Source of the DNA: Roseivirga sp.
Lineage (GTDB): Bacteria > Bacteroidota > Bacteroidia > Flavobacteriales > Schleiferiaceae
Assembly (NCBI GenBank): GCA_051277025.1
Contig: JBNMPT010000001.1
Coordinates: 32 to 64,031 of the forward strand
Length of the DNA stretch: 64,000 nucleotides
Direction of reading: 5' to 3'
Below, piece by piece: positions 48,353 through 58,756 of this stretch. The notes beneath the pieces were generated by a model. The model was not told the origin of the DNA, did not search any database, and saw only the letters and a program-made list of their open reading frames with translations. Position numbers and translations under genes: made by a program. Every line of letters starts with the position of its first letter. Position 1 is the stretch's first letter.

Positions 48353-51300
48353 TTAGTCTATTAATAATCGTTCTTTATGACTTTTCTTGTCATCTTCGAC
48401 CGATATAATATACAAGCCTTTCGATAAGCCTGTTAAATCTAGCTCTAGCACTTCTCCCTCACTGGTTTCTCTATTCCAATAACGTACTAGTCGTCCACTG
48501 GCATCATTAAGCTGAATCTCTAATGAACCCTTTTCAGCGCAGTTAAGGAATAGTTTATCCTTGGCGGGGTTTGGATAAAGCTCCATTCCTGCGAAAGCAA
48601 ATTCCCGCTGACTAACATCTGCAATAGTCTGAAAAATGGTATCGTTTCCACAATCACCTCCAACAATAAGTCGCACGATATAACTACCCGCTGTCGCGTA
48701 AACATGAGAAACAGAGGCACCACCGACAACACCTGTGGTTCCGTCACCAAAGTCCCAGTCATAGTTTTGAATATTTCCCGTGGAAGCGGCAGCATCAAAA
48801 CTATAGTCTAAAATATTAGTTGCGCTAATCGTAAAGTTAAAGCTCGCCCCAGGAAGGCCATTTAAATTGGTATTCATTGGAGTCGGACCGCTAAAAGCCC
48901 CTGTATCTTGCTGTCCACAAGTGTCTGCTATATAAATATCGTAATTGGTATTTGCTAGTAATCCTGTTACTGTAAACGGTGAAGTAACAACCGTGGTAAA
49001 GCTTCCTAAACCAGCGGTAAAACCAGCCGGACCATATTCGAGTATTGAACCTCCCGTAACGGAGCTCCAGCTAATATTGGCGGTACTGCAACTTTCGTTA
49101 GATACGCTTACATTACTTACCTGAGGACAAATGACCGACCCTCCAGGAATATCTACGCGCACATCGTCTAACACATTTGCTCTTCCCCAGTTATCTTCCC
49201 CTTCAAAGGCGAATTGGAGGCTAGTAGAATTAGAAGGAACGGAAATTACCGCCTGTGTCCAAACGCTTACATTATTTAAATCGGACCATAAAAGAATCCA
49301 AGTCGCGCTAGGGCCAGTACGGTAAAACACCTTCAAAGTATTCTGATCGCCTACCCAATCTTCCTGTCCATACCAGAAACTTAGCTCTGTAGAACTTAAT
49401 CCACTGGCATCGATTACCGGGGTAATAAAGCGACTGGCATTAGGGCCACCACTACTACTAGTGAAGACCGCATTTTGTGAACCAGCATAGGGAGCGTTAA
49501 TCGCTCCTCCACTGGAACCGGCTCCTATTGCCCAAAGATTGCTGCCCGTTACCGCTTGGTTAGACCAGCATGCGGTGCTTGGCCCTTCAAAGTCTTCTAA
49601 GTATGGCGCCGTAAAAGTTAAACACGCGGTGGTAAAACAGATGGGGCCGGCCCAAATACTCGTGTCTCCAGGAGCACAAACAGAGCGGACATAAATACAA
49701 TAAGAGCTTGCCGAATTTAGGCCGGTAAAATTATTGTTCAAAGTAGTAGAAGTACCCATTATCCCCGTGCTGGGTAAAGCACTGGGGTTGGTCACCAAGG
49801 AGTATTCAAAACTGGTAGCGAAACCCGCCCAATTCAAGGTAGCTGCGCTTCCGGTAATACCGCTAAGAGTAAGATTAGAAGGCGCGAAACAACTGATATC
49901 CGTGCACACTGAATAAGGACCAAACCACAAACCATTACCCACTCCTGCACAAGTGTCTTGCACATAAATATCATAGCAGGTTCCGGCTTGCAAACCGGTT
50001 ATATTGTAATTGCTAAAAGTCGTCACTCCACGGGCGTAAGAGCCTGCTACTCCTGTTCCTTGGCGAAAACCCTGTGGTCCCCAATTTATATTCCACAGGC
50101 TACCATTGGCCGAGGTCCAATTTAAGTTTACATTATTAATGCCTACGCTATTGGTATCAATATTAGAAACCATTCCGCAGGGCTGTCCTTCCACCTTAAA
50201 GTTATCAATAAGCCAGTACCAAGCCCAAGAACCCCCATCATCGTAAACAAAGCGCACTTGAAGGTTCGGATTGGCATAAGAAGTAATGTCTATATTTTGA
50301 GAGTCAGGAACACCAAAGGCCCCTAGATCTTGATCGAACATGGCCACCTGCACCCAAGATAAACCGTCAAAAACCTCTACGGTGCCCGAGTCTGAACTTA
50401 GGGCATTATAGTAATGATCAAAGATTAAGCTCAAAGAGCCTGAAGTCATATAGGCGCTGGCATCCATTATGGGCGAGTTTAAAGTCTCCCGTAAAGTGGG
50501 ACCACTGCCGGCACCATCACTATCCACCTCCATAAAAGGACTTCCGTCCAGATCTCCGCCACTAGTTAAACCACCAATGGGAGCATTTACCCAGGTATCT
50601 GTGCTTGTTCCACCATCTGTAATCGTGAAGCAAGCCACACCATTGTCAAAGTTTTCGCTAAAGGGGAGGCTTACCGCTAAGCAAGCGGTGGTAATACTTA
50701 AAGGCCCAATGGTATCGACAAAGCTACCTGCACAACTATCCAATAAATAAAAGTCATACGATGAATTTGGACTTAAGCCATTAATTCCTAATAATGACGC
50801 CGTGGTGCTAATTCTTGAGCCGCTGCCAATATTGAAACCGACTGTGCCGTATTCTACTGCAAAGCCTGCTGCTGTTCCCGATGTCCACGCTAAGTTTACA
50901 CTATCGCCTCCTACGAAAGTTGCATTAAAGTTTACCGAAGGGCTACAAAGAATCTCTTTAACGCTAAAATTGTCTATCAGCCAATACCAAGCAAACACGC
51001 CATTATCTTTATAAAAAAAGCGCACCTGTAAAGCCGCATTCGCATAGCTGGTAATATCTATATATTGATTATCGGGATTGGCAAAGCTTCCTACGTCGCT
51101 AGATGACTTAAAAACATTTACCCAATTAGTACCATCATAAACATCCACAAATGCAGAGTCAGAGCTAAGGTTATTGTAATACTGATCAAACTCTAAGATT
51201 AGACTGCCGGTAATTGAAGAGGCATCAATAGTTGGAGATAAAAGCACCTCATTCAAGGTTTCACCTGATCCGGCATCATCACTATCTACTTCCATATGGG

Positions 51301-52312
51301 CGGTACCATCTAAATCGCCACCCGAGCTTCCACCGCCAGCAGGAGCTGCACGCCAAGTATCGGTACTCGTTCCGCCGTCTACGATAGTAAAACAACCAGG
51401 ACCGAAATCAAAATTATTAGCATACGGCAAGTTTACCGAGGCACAGGGTGTGCAAAAGGAATATGGACCAGTGAAACCAGAAAAGCCACCACCGGGGCAA
51501 GCATTAGCAATATAAACATCATAACAGGTACCTGGACCGATCAGGTTTGCACAGGCCGCCGCGTCGGCATTGCTTAAGGAAACATTTAAATTACCTGCTG
51601 TTCCTTTCGTCCCCGCGCAACCTGTTCCCTGGGTAAAACCTGCTGGCCCCCACTCAAACGCGATGGTGTCTACCGCAGCTCCTAAATTTACGGTAAAGCT
51701 AGCAGCCGTAACCGCAGAAAGCGTTATTGCCGTGGGATTTGGACATAAAACCGCTTCTACTTTAAAGTTGTCGAGCAACCAATACCAAGCCCAAGAGCCG
51801 TTATCTCTGTATCTAAACCGCACTTGAAGACTATCGTGAGCGTATGCGGTAATATCTATTTGCTGTTGATCGGGACTATTAAAGGCCCCTATGGTGCTAG
51901 TTGCACTGTAAACTCTTTGCCAAGAAATGCTATCCCAAACCTCAACCCACACACTATCACTTGCATTCAAGGAGCGGAAATAATGATCAAATTGTAGAAA
52001 CAGGGTCCCGCTAAGGTTTCCAGCATTTATGTATGGCGAGGTTAATGATTCATCCAAAATACTTCCAATTCCTGCATCATCACTATCCACTTCCATAAAA
52101 CCCGTCCCGTCTATATCGCCACCAGCGGTTCCAGCGCCACTGGCTGCCTGTGCCCAAGTATCGGTTGAAGAGCCTCCATCGGTAACAATAAAGCAGCCTA
52201 AATTGAAATTGAAATTTTCGGAGTAAGGCAAGCTTTGCGGGGGACATTGTCCGAAGCCAAGATTTGCCCACAAAGAGATTAAGCCAAAAATGAATAATCG
52301 TTGCAAAGACAT
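48353..52312 (-). CDS. T9SS type A secreted adhesin-like protein (repeated choice-of-anchor J/MAM-like + FN3 modules, PKD, CTD)
   Basis: Signal peptide; 3 near-repeated DGG.STDTW..GGD.DG..MEVDSD..WYWL.DNF modules each followed by FN3; WDFGDGT PKD; LYPNPA..GLYII CTD. Confidence 0.88.
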   Translation of the reverse strand: MSLQRLFIFGLISLWANLGFGQCPPQSLPYSENFNFNLGCFIVTDGGSSTDTWAQAASGAGTAGGDIDGTGFMEVDSDDAGIGSILDESLTSPYINAGNLSGTLFLQFDHYFRSLNASDSVWVEVWDSISWQRVYSATSTIGAFNSPDQQQIDITAYAHDSLQVRFRYRDNGSWAWYWLLDNFKVEAVLCPNPTAITLSAVTAASFTVNLGAAVDTIAFEWGPAGFTQGTGCAGTKGTAGNLNVSLSNADAAACANLIGPGTCYDVYIANACPGGGFSGFTGPYSFCTPCASVNLPYANNFDFGPGCFTIVDGGTSTDTWRAAPAGGGSSGGDLDGTAHMEVDSDDAGSGETLNEVLLSPTIDASSITGSLILEFDQYYNNLSSDSAFVDVYDGTNWVNVFKSSSDVGSFANPDNQYIDITSYANAALQVRFFYKDNGVFAWYWLIDNFSVKEILCSPSVNFNATFVGGDSVNLAWTSGTAAGFAVEYGTVGFNIGSGSRISTTASLLGINGLSPNSSYDFYLLDSCAGSFVDTIGPLSITTACLAVSLPFSENFDNGVACFTITDGGTSTDTWVNAPIGGLTSGGDLDGSPFMEVDSDGAGSGPTLRETLNSPIMDASAYMTSGSLSLIFDHYYNALSSDSGTVEVFDGLSWVQVAMFDQDLGAFGVPDSQNIDITSYANPNLQVRFVYDDGGSWAWYWLIDNFKVEGQPCGMVSNIDTNSVGINNVNLNWTSANGSLWNINWGPQGFRQGTGVAGSYARGVTTFSNYNITGLQAGTCYDIYVQDTCAGVGNGLWFGPYSVCTDISCFAPSNLTLSGITGSAATLNWAGFATSFEYSLVTNPSALPSTGIMGTSTTLNNNFTGLNSASSYCIYVRSVCAPGDTSIWAGPICFTTACLTFTAPYLEDFEGPSTACWSNQAVTGSNLWAIGAGSSGGAINAPYAGSQNAVFTSSSGGPNASRFITPVIDASGLSSTELSFWYGQEDWVGDQNTLKVFYRTGPSATWILLWSDLNNVSVWTQAVISVPSNSTSLQFAFEGEDNWGRANVLDDVRVDIPGGSVICPQVSNVSVSNESCSTANISWSSVTGGSILEYGPAGFTAGLGSFTTVVTSPFTVTGLLANTNYDIYIADTCGQQDTGAFSGPTPMNTNLNGLPGASFNFTISATNILDYSFDAAASTGNIQNYDWDFGDGTTGVVGGASVSHVYATAGSYIVRLIVGGDCGNDTIFQTIADVSQREFAFAGMELYPNPAKDKLFLNCAEKGSLEIQLNDASGRLVRYWNRETSEGEVLELDLTGLSKGLYIISVEDDKKSHKERLLID

Positions 52313-52454
52313 AAACAGTAGGAATAATATTAGTAATCCCCAAATCTAGCAAAAAGGACTCGCTATCATCGAAATAAGAGCGATCAATTAGACTAAGCAA
52401 AGGGAGCTTAACTGTAAACCTGAGGGCGAAAAAAGGTTTATGGCGGAAACTTAT

Positions 52455-52630
52455 AACCTGAGTTCGGCCTAAAATTATAGCCTCAGGTTTTCAAGAAAAG
52501 GAAAAGACTAATCTGGATCGGGCAGCTGTAGCGGGCTACAACAAATGAGCTAGCTGCAGGATTTCCACTTTTATTGAAGAAACACTATTTATAAGAGGTC
52601 TGAGGACTGATTTTACATCGAACCCAGGTT
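52455..52630 (-). mobile_element. IS982-type MITE (176 bp) with 5-bp target duplication TTATA
   Basis: AACCTGAGTTCGGCCTAAAATTATAGCCTCAG ... TTTTACATCGAACCCAGGTT; TTATA|ACCTG...CAGGT|TTATA. Confidence 0.88.
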
Positions 52631-52923
52631 TATAGATTACCGTGCTGCACTCGCAATGACTCTGTATTTAAGATTACAGTCCGGTTAAGAATCTTCGGAA
52701 ACTACGACGGCTCTTTCCTGCCCGACATTGCTTAATGGCCCGCAGAACATTGATCAATTTGCTTGCGAAATAACGGCTCGTTTGCCGCCTTGGTCTTCGC
52801 GTGAGGTGTCCTTGTCTTTCATTAGTCGTTGTTTAAACAATAAAAACACAAAAGCAAAGTAGTGATAAACAATATCGATAGCATATTTTCCTCAATCCCT
52901 TAACTTTGCAAAAAAAATATTCA

Positions 52924-55335
52924 TTGCAGCTCTATCCTAGTGACTTGGCCGAGGCCCTCGATTTTCAATTTATTCGCACCGAACTTTCTAAGCTCTGCTT
53001 TAGTGCAGACGCTAAAGAAGCCGCTATGAACCTGATTCCTTTAGATGATTTATCGGCACTACGTAAAACCTTAAAGGAGACCGATCAAATACTTGGTTTG
53101 TTATTAAGTGATGAAACCTTTCCTAATGCGGAGCACCCCAGTCTCGTCAGTTTTCTCACCAAGCTCTCCATAAAAGGACTCGCCTTGCGCGAAGAACAAT
53201 ATGCGGATATACGCAGCTTGGCTTTAAACTACCGTGATATTCGTCGTTATATAGAATCGAAAAAGGACCGCCTCCCTTCATTATGGAGAAACCTAGCGCT
53301 ACTGTTTCCCGAAAAAACGATTATTGAAGAAATTGACCGTGTTCTTGATGAGCGGGCACAGGTGCGTTCAAATGCTTCTTCTCAATTGCAAAAAATCCGT
53401 CGCGACCTCATAAAAAAGCGTAGTTCTGCAGATCGGATTTTTCAACGTGCGCTCAAGAAAATGCGTGATAAAGGACTGTTAGCCGATTTTGATGAAAGCG
53501 TTTCTGAAAGTCGCCGTGTAATGGCAATCAAATCTGCCTACAAGGGACAAGTGCAAGGTATCCAGCATGGTTCCTCTCATAAGCACAGTATTGCTTTTAT
53601 TGAACCGGGAGAAACAGTAGAAATCAATAATGACATTTCCGAGTTAATTGAAGATGAAAAAGAGGAGATTAAACGTATCCTCCGCGAACTAAGCAGTATT
53701 CTAGCGCCCCATCGTGAGCATTTAGAAGAAATTGAGGCGCAAATGATTCATCTCGATTACCATCGGGCTAAAGCCTATTTGGCCTATCGTCAAAAAGCCT
53801 GTGTTCCATATATTTCTCGGGAAAAGCGCATCATTCTAAAGGATGCCTACAACCCTGTTTTACGCCACTTCAACGGCCAAAAGGAAAAAGAAACTATTCC
53901 CCTCAACCTAGCGCTACATGTACAACAGCGGCTTTTGGTAATTAGTGGCCCCAATGCCGGCGGGAAATCACTATCTCTAAAAACAGTGGGGCTTTTACAA
54001 ATTATGCTGCAAAGTGGCCTGCCCGTGCCCGTACATCACGAAAGTGAAATGTGTCTTTTTGAGCAGCTCCTCGGAGATATTGGCGATGCGCAAAGTATTG
54101 AAAACGAGCTAAGCACCTACAGCTCCAAATTGCAGAAAATGGAGTATTTTCTTCGCCATGCCGACGAGGAAAGCTTACTATTAATTGATGAATTTGGGTC
54201 GGGTTCAGACCCCGAATTAGGTTCTGCCTTAGCCCAAGTTTTCCTCGAAAAACTCAATGGCTTTAAAAGTTTCGGAATCCTCACCACCCACTTTAATTCC
54301 ATTAAAGCCTTAGCGGCAGAGACGGAAGGTATTGTAAACGGAGCGATGCTTTTTGAAAGAGAGACCTTCAGTCCCCGCTACGAACTAATTATCGGTCAAC
54401 CCGGTTCTTCCTACACTTTTGAAGTAGCCCAGCAGAGTGGTATTGCCAAACATATTATTGAAGCCGCTCGTGGGAGAATTAAGCAAAACACTTTAGAGAT
54501 TGATCGCCTTTTAGTACAAATTCAGGAAGATAAAGTTAGTATCGACCGAACCCGCAAAGAACAAGAGCGAGAACTTCAAAAACTAAGAGTGCTGGAGGCA
54601 GAACAGCAAGGGAAAATTGCTAAGCTTGAAGAAAAGCTTACCAAACAAAGTCGTCTAAACGAAGAAGGCGACCGCATGATGTATTGGGGTTTACGCTTTC
54701 AAAAGCTTATTGACAGCTGGATGGATCAAAAAACCCAAAAAGATAAGAAAGAGGTAATTGCGCGCTTTATTGCGATGCTAAACCTTCGCTCTGGAGAGGT
54801 TCAAAAAGAGGAAATTAAGAGCCATCAGCAAAAGATTACCACCCGCCATGTAAACATTGATAAATACATCAAGGAGGTTATTGCAATTGGTGCTCAAGTA
54901 AAAATAATTGACTCGGGTATTGTCGGGACATTAATGGAGCATAAAGGCAGCAAGTATATTGTGGCCCTGGGGGGAAACCTCACCGCTAGCCTAGATCGAG
55001 AAAAATTCGTGCACGCTGACGCGCCAATAGGAAACCAGCCCAAGGCTAAAAAGCGCAACAAAAACTTCAAAAATCAGGAGCCAAAAGAGGGCTCTGCTGA
55101 CCAAAAGAAAAAGCAGACTCCTGAGGCTCAAAATAAAAATGTGTCCCAGAAATCGTCTCCGAAAAAGCCTAAGCCAAGTAAAGAGCAAGGCATAAGTAAA
55201 GGACAAAAGGAAGGCTCACCTTCTGTAAATAACCATCAAGCCAAGAGGAAAAATAAAGCTCAAAATAATCCTCAACAAAAGCCTTCCGATGCCGCTCCTA
55301 TAAAAAGCAAGGAAATAAAAAAGCAAGAACCCTAA
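52924..55335 (+). CDS. mutS2: MutS2-family protein lacking a recognisable Smr domain, with a long Lys/Gln-rich tail (start probably TTG 52924)
   Basis: ISGPNAGGKS, DIGDAQSIENELSTYS, LIDEFGSGSDP, TTHF; TAACTTTG -7 box at 52901-52908 overlaps the ORF-track start. Confidence 0.9.
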   Translation: MQLYPSDLAEALDFQFIRTELSKLCFSADAKEAAMNLIPLDDLSALRKTLKETDQILGLLLSDETFPNAEHPSLVSFLTKLSIKGLALREEQYADIRSLALNYRDIRRYIESKKDRLPSLWRNLALLFPEKTIIEEIDRVLDERAQVRSNASSQLQKIRRDLIKKRSSADRIFQRALKKMRDKGLLADFDESVSESRRVMAIKSAYKGQVQGIQHGSSHKHSIAFIEPGETVEINNDISELIEDEKEEIKRILRELSSILAPHREHLEEIEAQMIHLDYHRAKAYLAYRQKACVPYISREKRIILKDAYNPVLRHFNGQKEKETIPLNLALHVQQRLLVISGPNAGGKSLSLKTVGLLQIMLQSGLPVPVHHESEMCLFEQLLGDIGDAQSIENELSTYSSKLQKMEYFLRHADEESLLLIDEFGSGSDPELGSALAQVFLEKLNGFKSFGILTTHFNSIKALAAETEGIVNGAMLFERETFSPRYELIIGQPGSSYTFEVAQQSGIAKHIIEAARGRIKQNTLEIDRLLVQIQEDKVSIDRTRKEQERELQKLRVLEAEQQGKIAKLEEKLTKQSRLNEEGDRMMYWGLRFQKLIDSWMDQKTQKDKKEVIARFIAMLNLRSGEVQKEEIKSHQQKITTRHVNIDKYIKEVIAIGAQVKIIDSGIVGTLMEHKGSKYIVALGGNLTASLDREKFVHADAPIGNQPKAKKRNKNFKNQEPKEGSADQKKKQTPEAQNKNVSQKSSPKKPKPSKEQGISKGQKEGSPSVNNHQAKRKNKAQNNPQQKPSDAAPIKSKEIKKQEP

Positions 55336-55428
55336 ATCCAGAGAGTATTGATTGCCGAGCCTTGTGAATTATAAGGAAGCTTCTATTGGTTCATAATCTA
55401 TCCTTACATTTGAGCGCCTAAAAAATTA

Positions 55429-56838
55429 ATGATGGAAGAAGTTGTCTCGGATATTCCCTTAATTACTAACGATGCCGTGGTGTTTGGTATCCTTATGACC
55501 TTACTGCTATTTATTTTTAAGTCTAGTGAAAACCCTCGTTTTGCTAAGTTCTTTAAAATTGTCCCAGCCTTACTGCTCTGTTATTTCCTTCCTTCTCTCT
55601 TTAGTACCTTTAATATTATCTCTCCTCATTGGATTGATTTAGCTGCTGCCAAGGCCTTTTTAATTCAGGAAGGCTATGCTCTGGACGGGATTAGCAGTTT
55701 CAAAGATTTTAAAAATTTCGTGATTAACCAAGAAATCTCCAGTGCTCTTTTAAAACCTTTTATGGGCCAGTCGCAGCTTTATTTTGTTGCTTCTCGGTAT
55801 TTATTACCCGCTAGTTTAATTCTATTAACGCTAAGCATCAACCTTAAAGAAGTGTTCCGCTTAGGGCCCAAAGCTCTGATTATGTTCGCTACCGGAACGG
55901 TTGGCGTAATTCTTGGCGGCCCTTTAGCCATCTTAATTTTTAGTGCCATTGCCCCTGAGGTAGTCGGTGCCGGAACGGATGAAGTATGGCGCGGTATGAC
56001 CACGATAGCGGGCAGTTGGATTGGCGGAGGAGCTAACCAAGCGGCTATGTTTGAAATCTTTTCAGGTGACGAAAATTTAATCTCTGGTAAAATTTACTCG
56101 GTTATGATAACCGTGGATATTATTGTGGCCGAAATTTGGATGGCCTTTTTACTACTAGGAGTAGGTAAGGCTGATAAAATTGACAAGTACTTCAAAGCTG
56201 ATTCCTCGGCAGTAGAAGCTCTAAAAAATCACATGCAGGAGTTTAGCTCCAAAATAGCGCGCATCCCCACCTTCTCCGACCTGATGATTATCTTAGGAAT
56301 TGCCTTTGGAGGAACAGGATTAGCGCATTTACTTTCTGATATAATCGCGCCCTTTATCTCCGAAAACGCACCATATCTTGCCGAAAGGTTTAGTTTGGGT
56401 TCGGGTTTCTTTTGGCTCATTGTTCTTGCCACCACGCTGGGTATTGGGCTTTCTTTCACTAAAGCAAGAAACTTCGAGGGAGCAGGAGCGTCTAAGGTAG
56501 GGAGCGTCTTTATTTACATTTTAGTAGTTACCATCGGCATGAAGATGAATATCCTCGGTATTTTCGAAAACCCTGGACTCTTCCTTGTTGGTCTTACTTG
56601 GATGGCCTTCCATGTTGGCCTTTTAGTTATAATTGCTAAAATAATTAAAGCGCCCTTCTTCTTTTTAGCGGTGGGAAGCAAAGCAAATATTGGCGGAGCC
56701 GCATCGGCACCGGTAGTAGCAGCCGCTTTTCACCCCAGCCTTGCTCCGGTTGGGGTTTTACTTGCCGTATTAGGTTATGCTTTGGGCACTTATGGTGCCT
56801 ATATTTGTGGATTATTAATGCAACTTGCCAGTTCTTGA
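55429..56838 (+). CDS. DUF819 family membrane protein
   Basis: GSWIGGGANQ, GSKANIGGAASAPVVAAAFHPSLAPVGVL; -7 box TACATTTG at 55405-55412. Confidence 0.88.
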   Translation: MMEEVVSDIPLITNDAVVFGILMTLLLFIFKSSENPRFAKFFKIVPALLLCYFLPSLFSTFNIISPHWIDLAAAKAFLIQEGYALDGISSFKDFKNFVINQEISSALLKPFMGQSQLYFVASRYLLPASLILLTLSINLKEVFRLGPKALIMFATGTVGVILGGPLAILIFSAIAPEVVGAGTDEVWRGMTTIAGSWIGGGANQAAMFEIFSGDENLISGKIYSVMITVDIIVAEIWMAFLLLGVGKADKIDKYFKADSSAVEALKNHMQEFSSKIARIPTFSDLMIILGIAFGGTGLAHLLSDIIAPFISENAPYLAERFSLGSGFFWLIVLATTLGIGLSFTKARNFEGAGASKVGSVFIYILVVTIGMKMNILGIFENPGLFLVGLTWMAFHVGLLVIIAKIIKAPFFFLAVGSKANIGGAASAPVVAAAFHPSLAPVGVLLAVLGYALGTYGAYICGLLMQLASS

Positions 56839-58205
56839 AAAAATTATTTATTTCCCTTCTTCTGCTCGTCTCCTTTGGCGCAAACGCCCAAAAGGATAGT
56901 ACTAGCGAAACTATCCGTTCTATTTACAATCTCGCTTTAAGTGAGCAACAAGGCTATAAATGGCTAAAAGAACTCTGCGCTATGGGGCCGAGGTTATCTG
57001 GTTCTGATCAGGCGACAGCCTCCCTTTTACACTTTAAAGGAATTATTGACAGCTTAGGTTTCGAAACCTCCTTACAGGCCGTAACGGTTCCTAAATGGGA
57101 GCGCGGGCCGCAGGAAAGAGCTTGGATTGTAAGAAAAGGCGAGAAGACTGAAGAGCTTGCTCTGACCGCTTTAGGGGGCTCTATTGCCACCCCTGAAGAA
57201 GGCTTGGAGGGAAACTTAGTGGAAATCACGTCTTTTGACCAACTTGACAGTCTCGACTTAAAGGGTAAGATTGCCTTCTACAATATCCCCATGGATCCTA
57301 CTTTTATTTCTACTGGCTTTGCCTACGGAAATGCCGTTAAACAACGCTGGGCTGGAGCTATTGAAGCTTCAAAACGCGGTGCTGTTGCGGTTGTTATCCG
57401 CTCTTTAAGCAGCAGTATAAACAAGTATCCGCATACCGGCAGTATGAGCTATGAAAAAGGCACTCCTAAAATTCCGTCGGCCGCGCTCAGCACTTATCAT
57501 GCGGAACTTCTCAGCAAAGAATTATTACAAAACCCCGCAATAAAACTCAATCTAAGAATGTCTTGCCGCTGGCACGACAGCGTAGAAAGCTATAATCTTA
57601 TAGCTGACCTTAAAGGCAATGAAAGACCTGATGAGCTAATACTAGTCTCCGGGCATTTCGACTCTTGGGATTTAGGCACCGGCGCACACGACGATGGTGC
57701 TGGTTCTATGCATGCTTTAGAAAGCCTTTACCTCTACAAAAAATTAGGCCTGAAGCATAAGAGAACGTTGCGTCTGGTATTCTTTATGAATGAAGAATTT
57801 GGTCTTAGTGGAGCCAAGGCCTACGCCAAGATGAGCATAGAAAAAGGCTTAAAGCATGTTATCGCTATTGAAAGTGACGGCGGCGGTTTTACTCCCAAAG
57901 GTTTAAGCATCCAGTCTTCAAAAGAAATGGTAAGCCGAGTGAAATTGTATCGCAGTTACTTAGAGCCTTATGGCATCTACCAATTTGCCAGTGGCGGCTC
58001 GGGCGCAGATATCTCCCAACTTGGCAGTGATGACAAAATACTGATTGGTCTACGACCCGATAATCACCGCTATTTTGAGGTCCATCATTCAGCCTTAGAC
58101 AATATTAAGGCGGTAAATGCCCGTGAGCTTACCATGGGGTCCGCTGCTCTAACAACTTTGATGTATTTATTAGATCGCGACGATGTTTGTTTTAACTGTG
58201 ATTGA
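56835..58205 (+). CDS. M28 metallopeptidase (carboxypeptidase Q-like; start probably TTG 56835)
   Basis: GPRLSGS, PA domain, GHFDSWD.GTGAHDDGAG, FMNEE, ESDGG, YFEVHH. Confidence 0.9.
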   Translation: MKKLFISLLLLVSFGANAQKDSTSETIRSIYNLALSEQQGYKWLKELCAMGPRLSGSDQATASLLHFKGIIDSLGFETSLQAVTVPKWERGPQERAWIVRKGEKTEELALTALGGSIATPEEGLEGNLVEITSFDQLDSLDLKGKIAFYNIPMDPTFISTGFAYGNAVKQRWAGAIEASKRGAVAVVIRSLSSSINKYPHTGSMSYEKGTPKIPSAALSTYHAELLSKELLQNPAIKLNLRMSCRWHDSVESYNLIADLKGNERPDELILVSGHFDSWDLGTGAHDDGAGSMHALESLYLYKKLGLKHKRTLRLVFFMNEEFGLSGAKAYAKMSIEKGLKHVIAIESDGGGFTPKGLSIQSSKEMVSRVKLYRSYLEPYGIYQFASGGSGADISQLGSDDKILIGLRPDNHRYFEVHHSALDNIKAVNARELTMGSAALTTLMYLLDRDDVCFNCD

Positions 58206-58340
58206 AATTTATTAATCAGATTATCAAATAGTTGCAATAATTATAGAAAAAAAAGCCAAAGCCTATGAACCAAGGAGCTACTTACTAGTTATTTAAACAG
58301 GTTAAGGTTTGGTTAATTGTTTTGATTTAGTTTGAAGCAA

Positions 58341-58370
58341 GAAGGGAGGCTTACCGCCTCCCTTCCCTTT
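58341..58370 (+). terminator. Intrinsic terminator
   Basis: GAAGGGAGGC-TTACC-GCCTCCCTTC followed by CCTTTT. Confidence 0.8.
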
Positions 58371-58756
58371 TGCATTAATCACTCAAGACTTTTAAGAAAA
58401 AAATCTCCTTGTCTAGACTAATTATTTGGCAAATCTACCACCCTTTATGCCGCTCTTGTTAATATATTGTTAGTAACAATTCGGGCTAATCCCTAATACG
58501 CTGGGGCTTCTTAGTTAAATACCTGATAAATAAACGCTTAAATTTGCATTATTCAAATTGCGAACCTATCTTAGAACCATCTAATTAATGGGGATTAATG
58601 GGGAAATTACTTGCTATTTTAGGCCTAGGGAAAGGCAGGATACAGGAGAGGAGTCTTTGTATGATTAACAACAAAGGCCCTTGTCCATCCATGACGGAAA
58701 ATCGCAGCCAGATTTTCAAGAAGTATAACTATCAGTTTAAGGTCTTAAAATATAAT

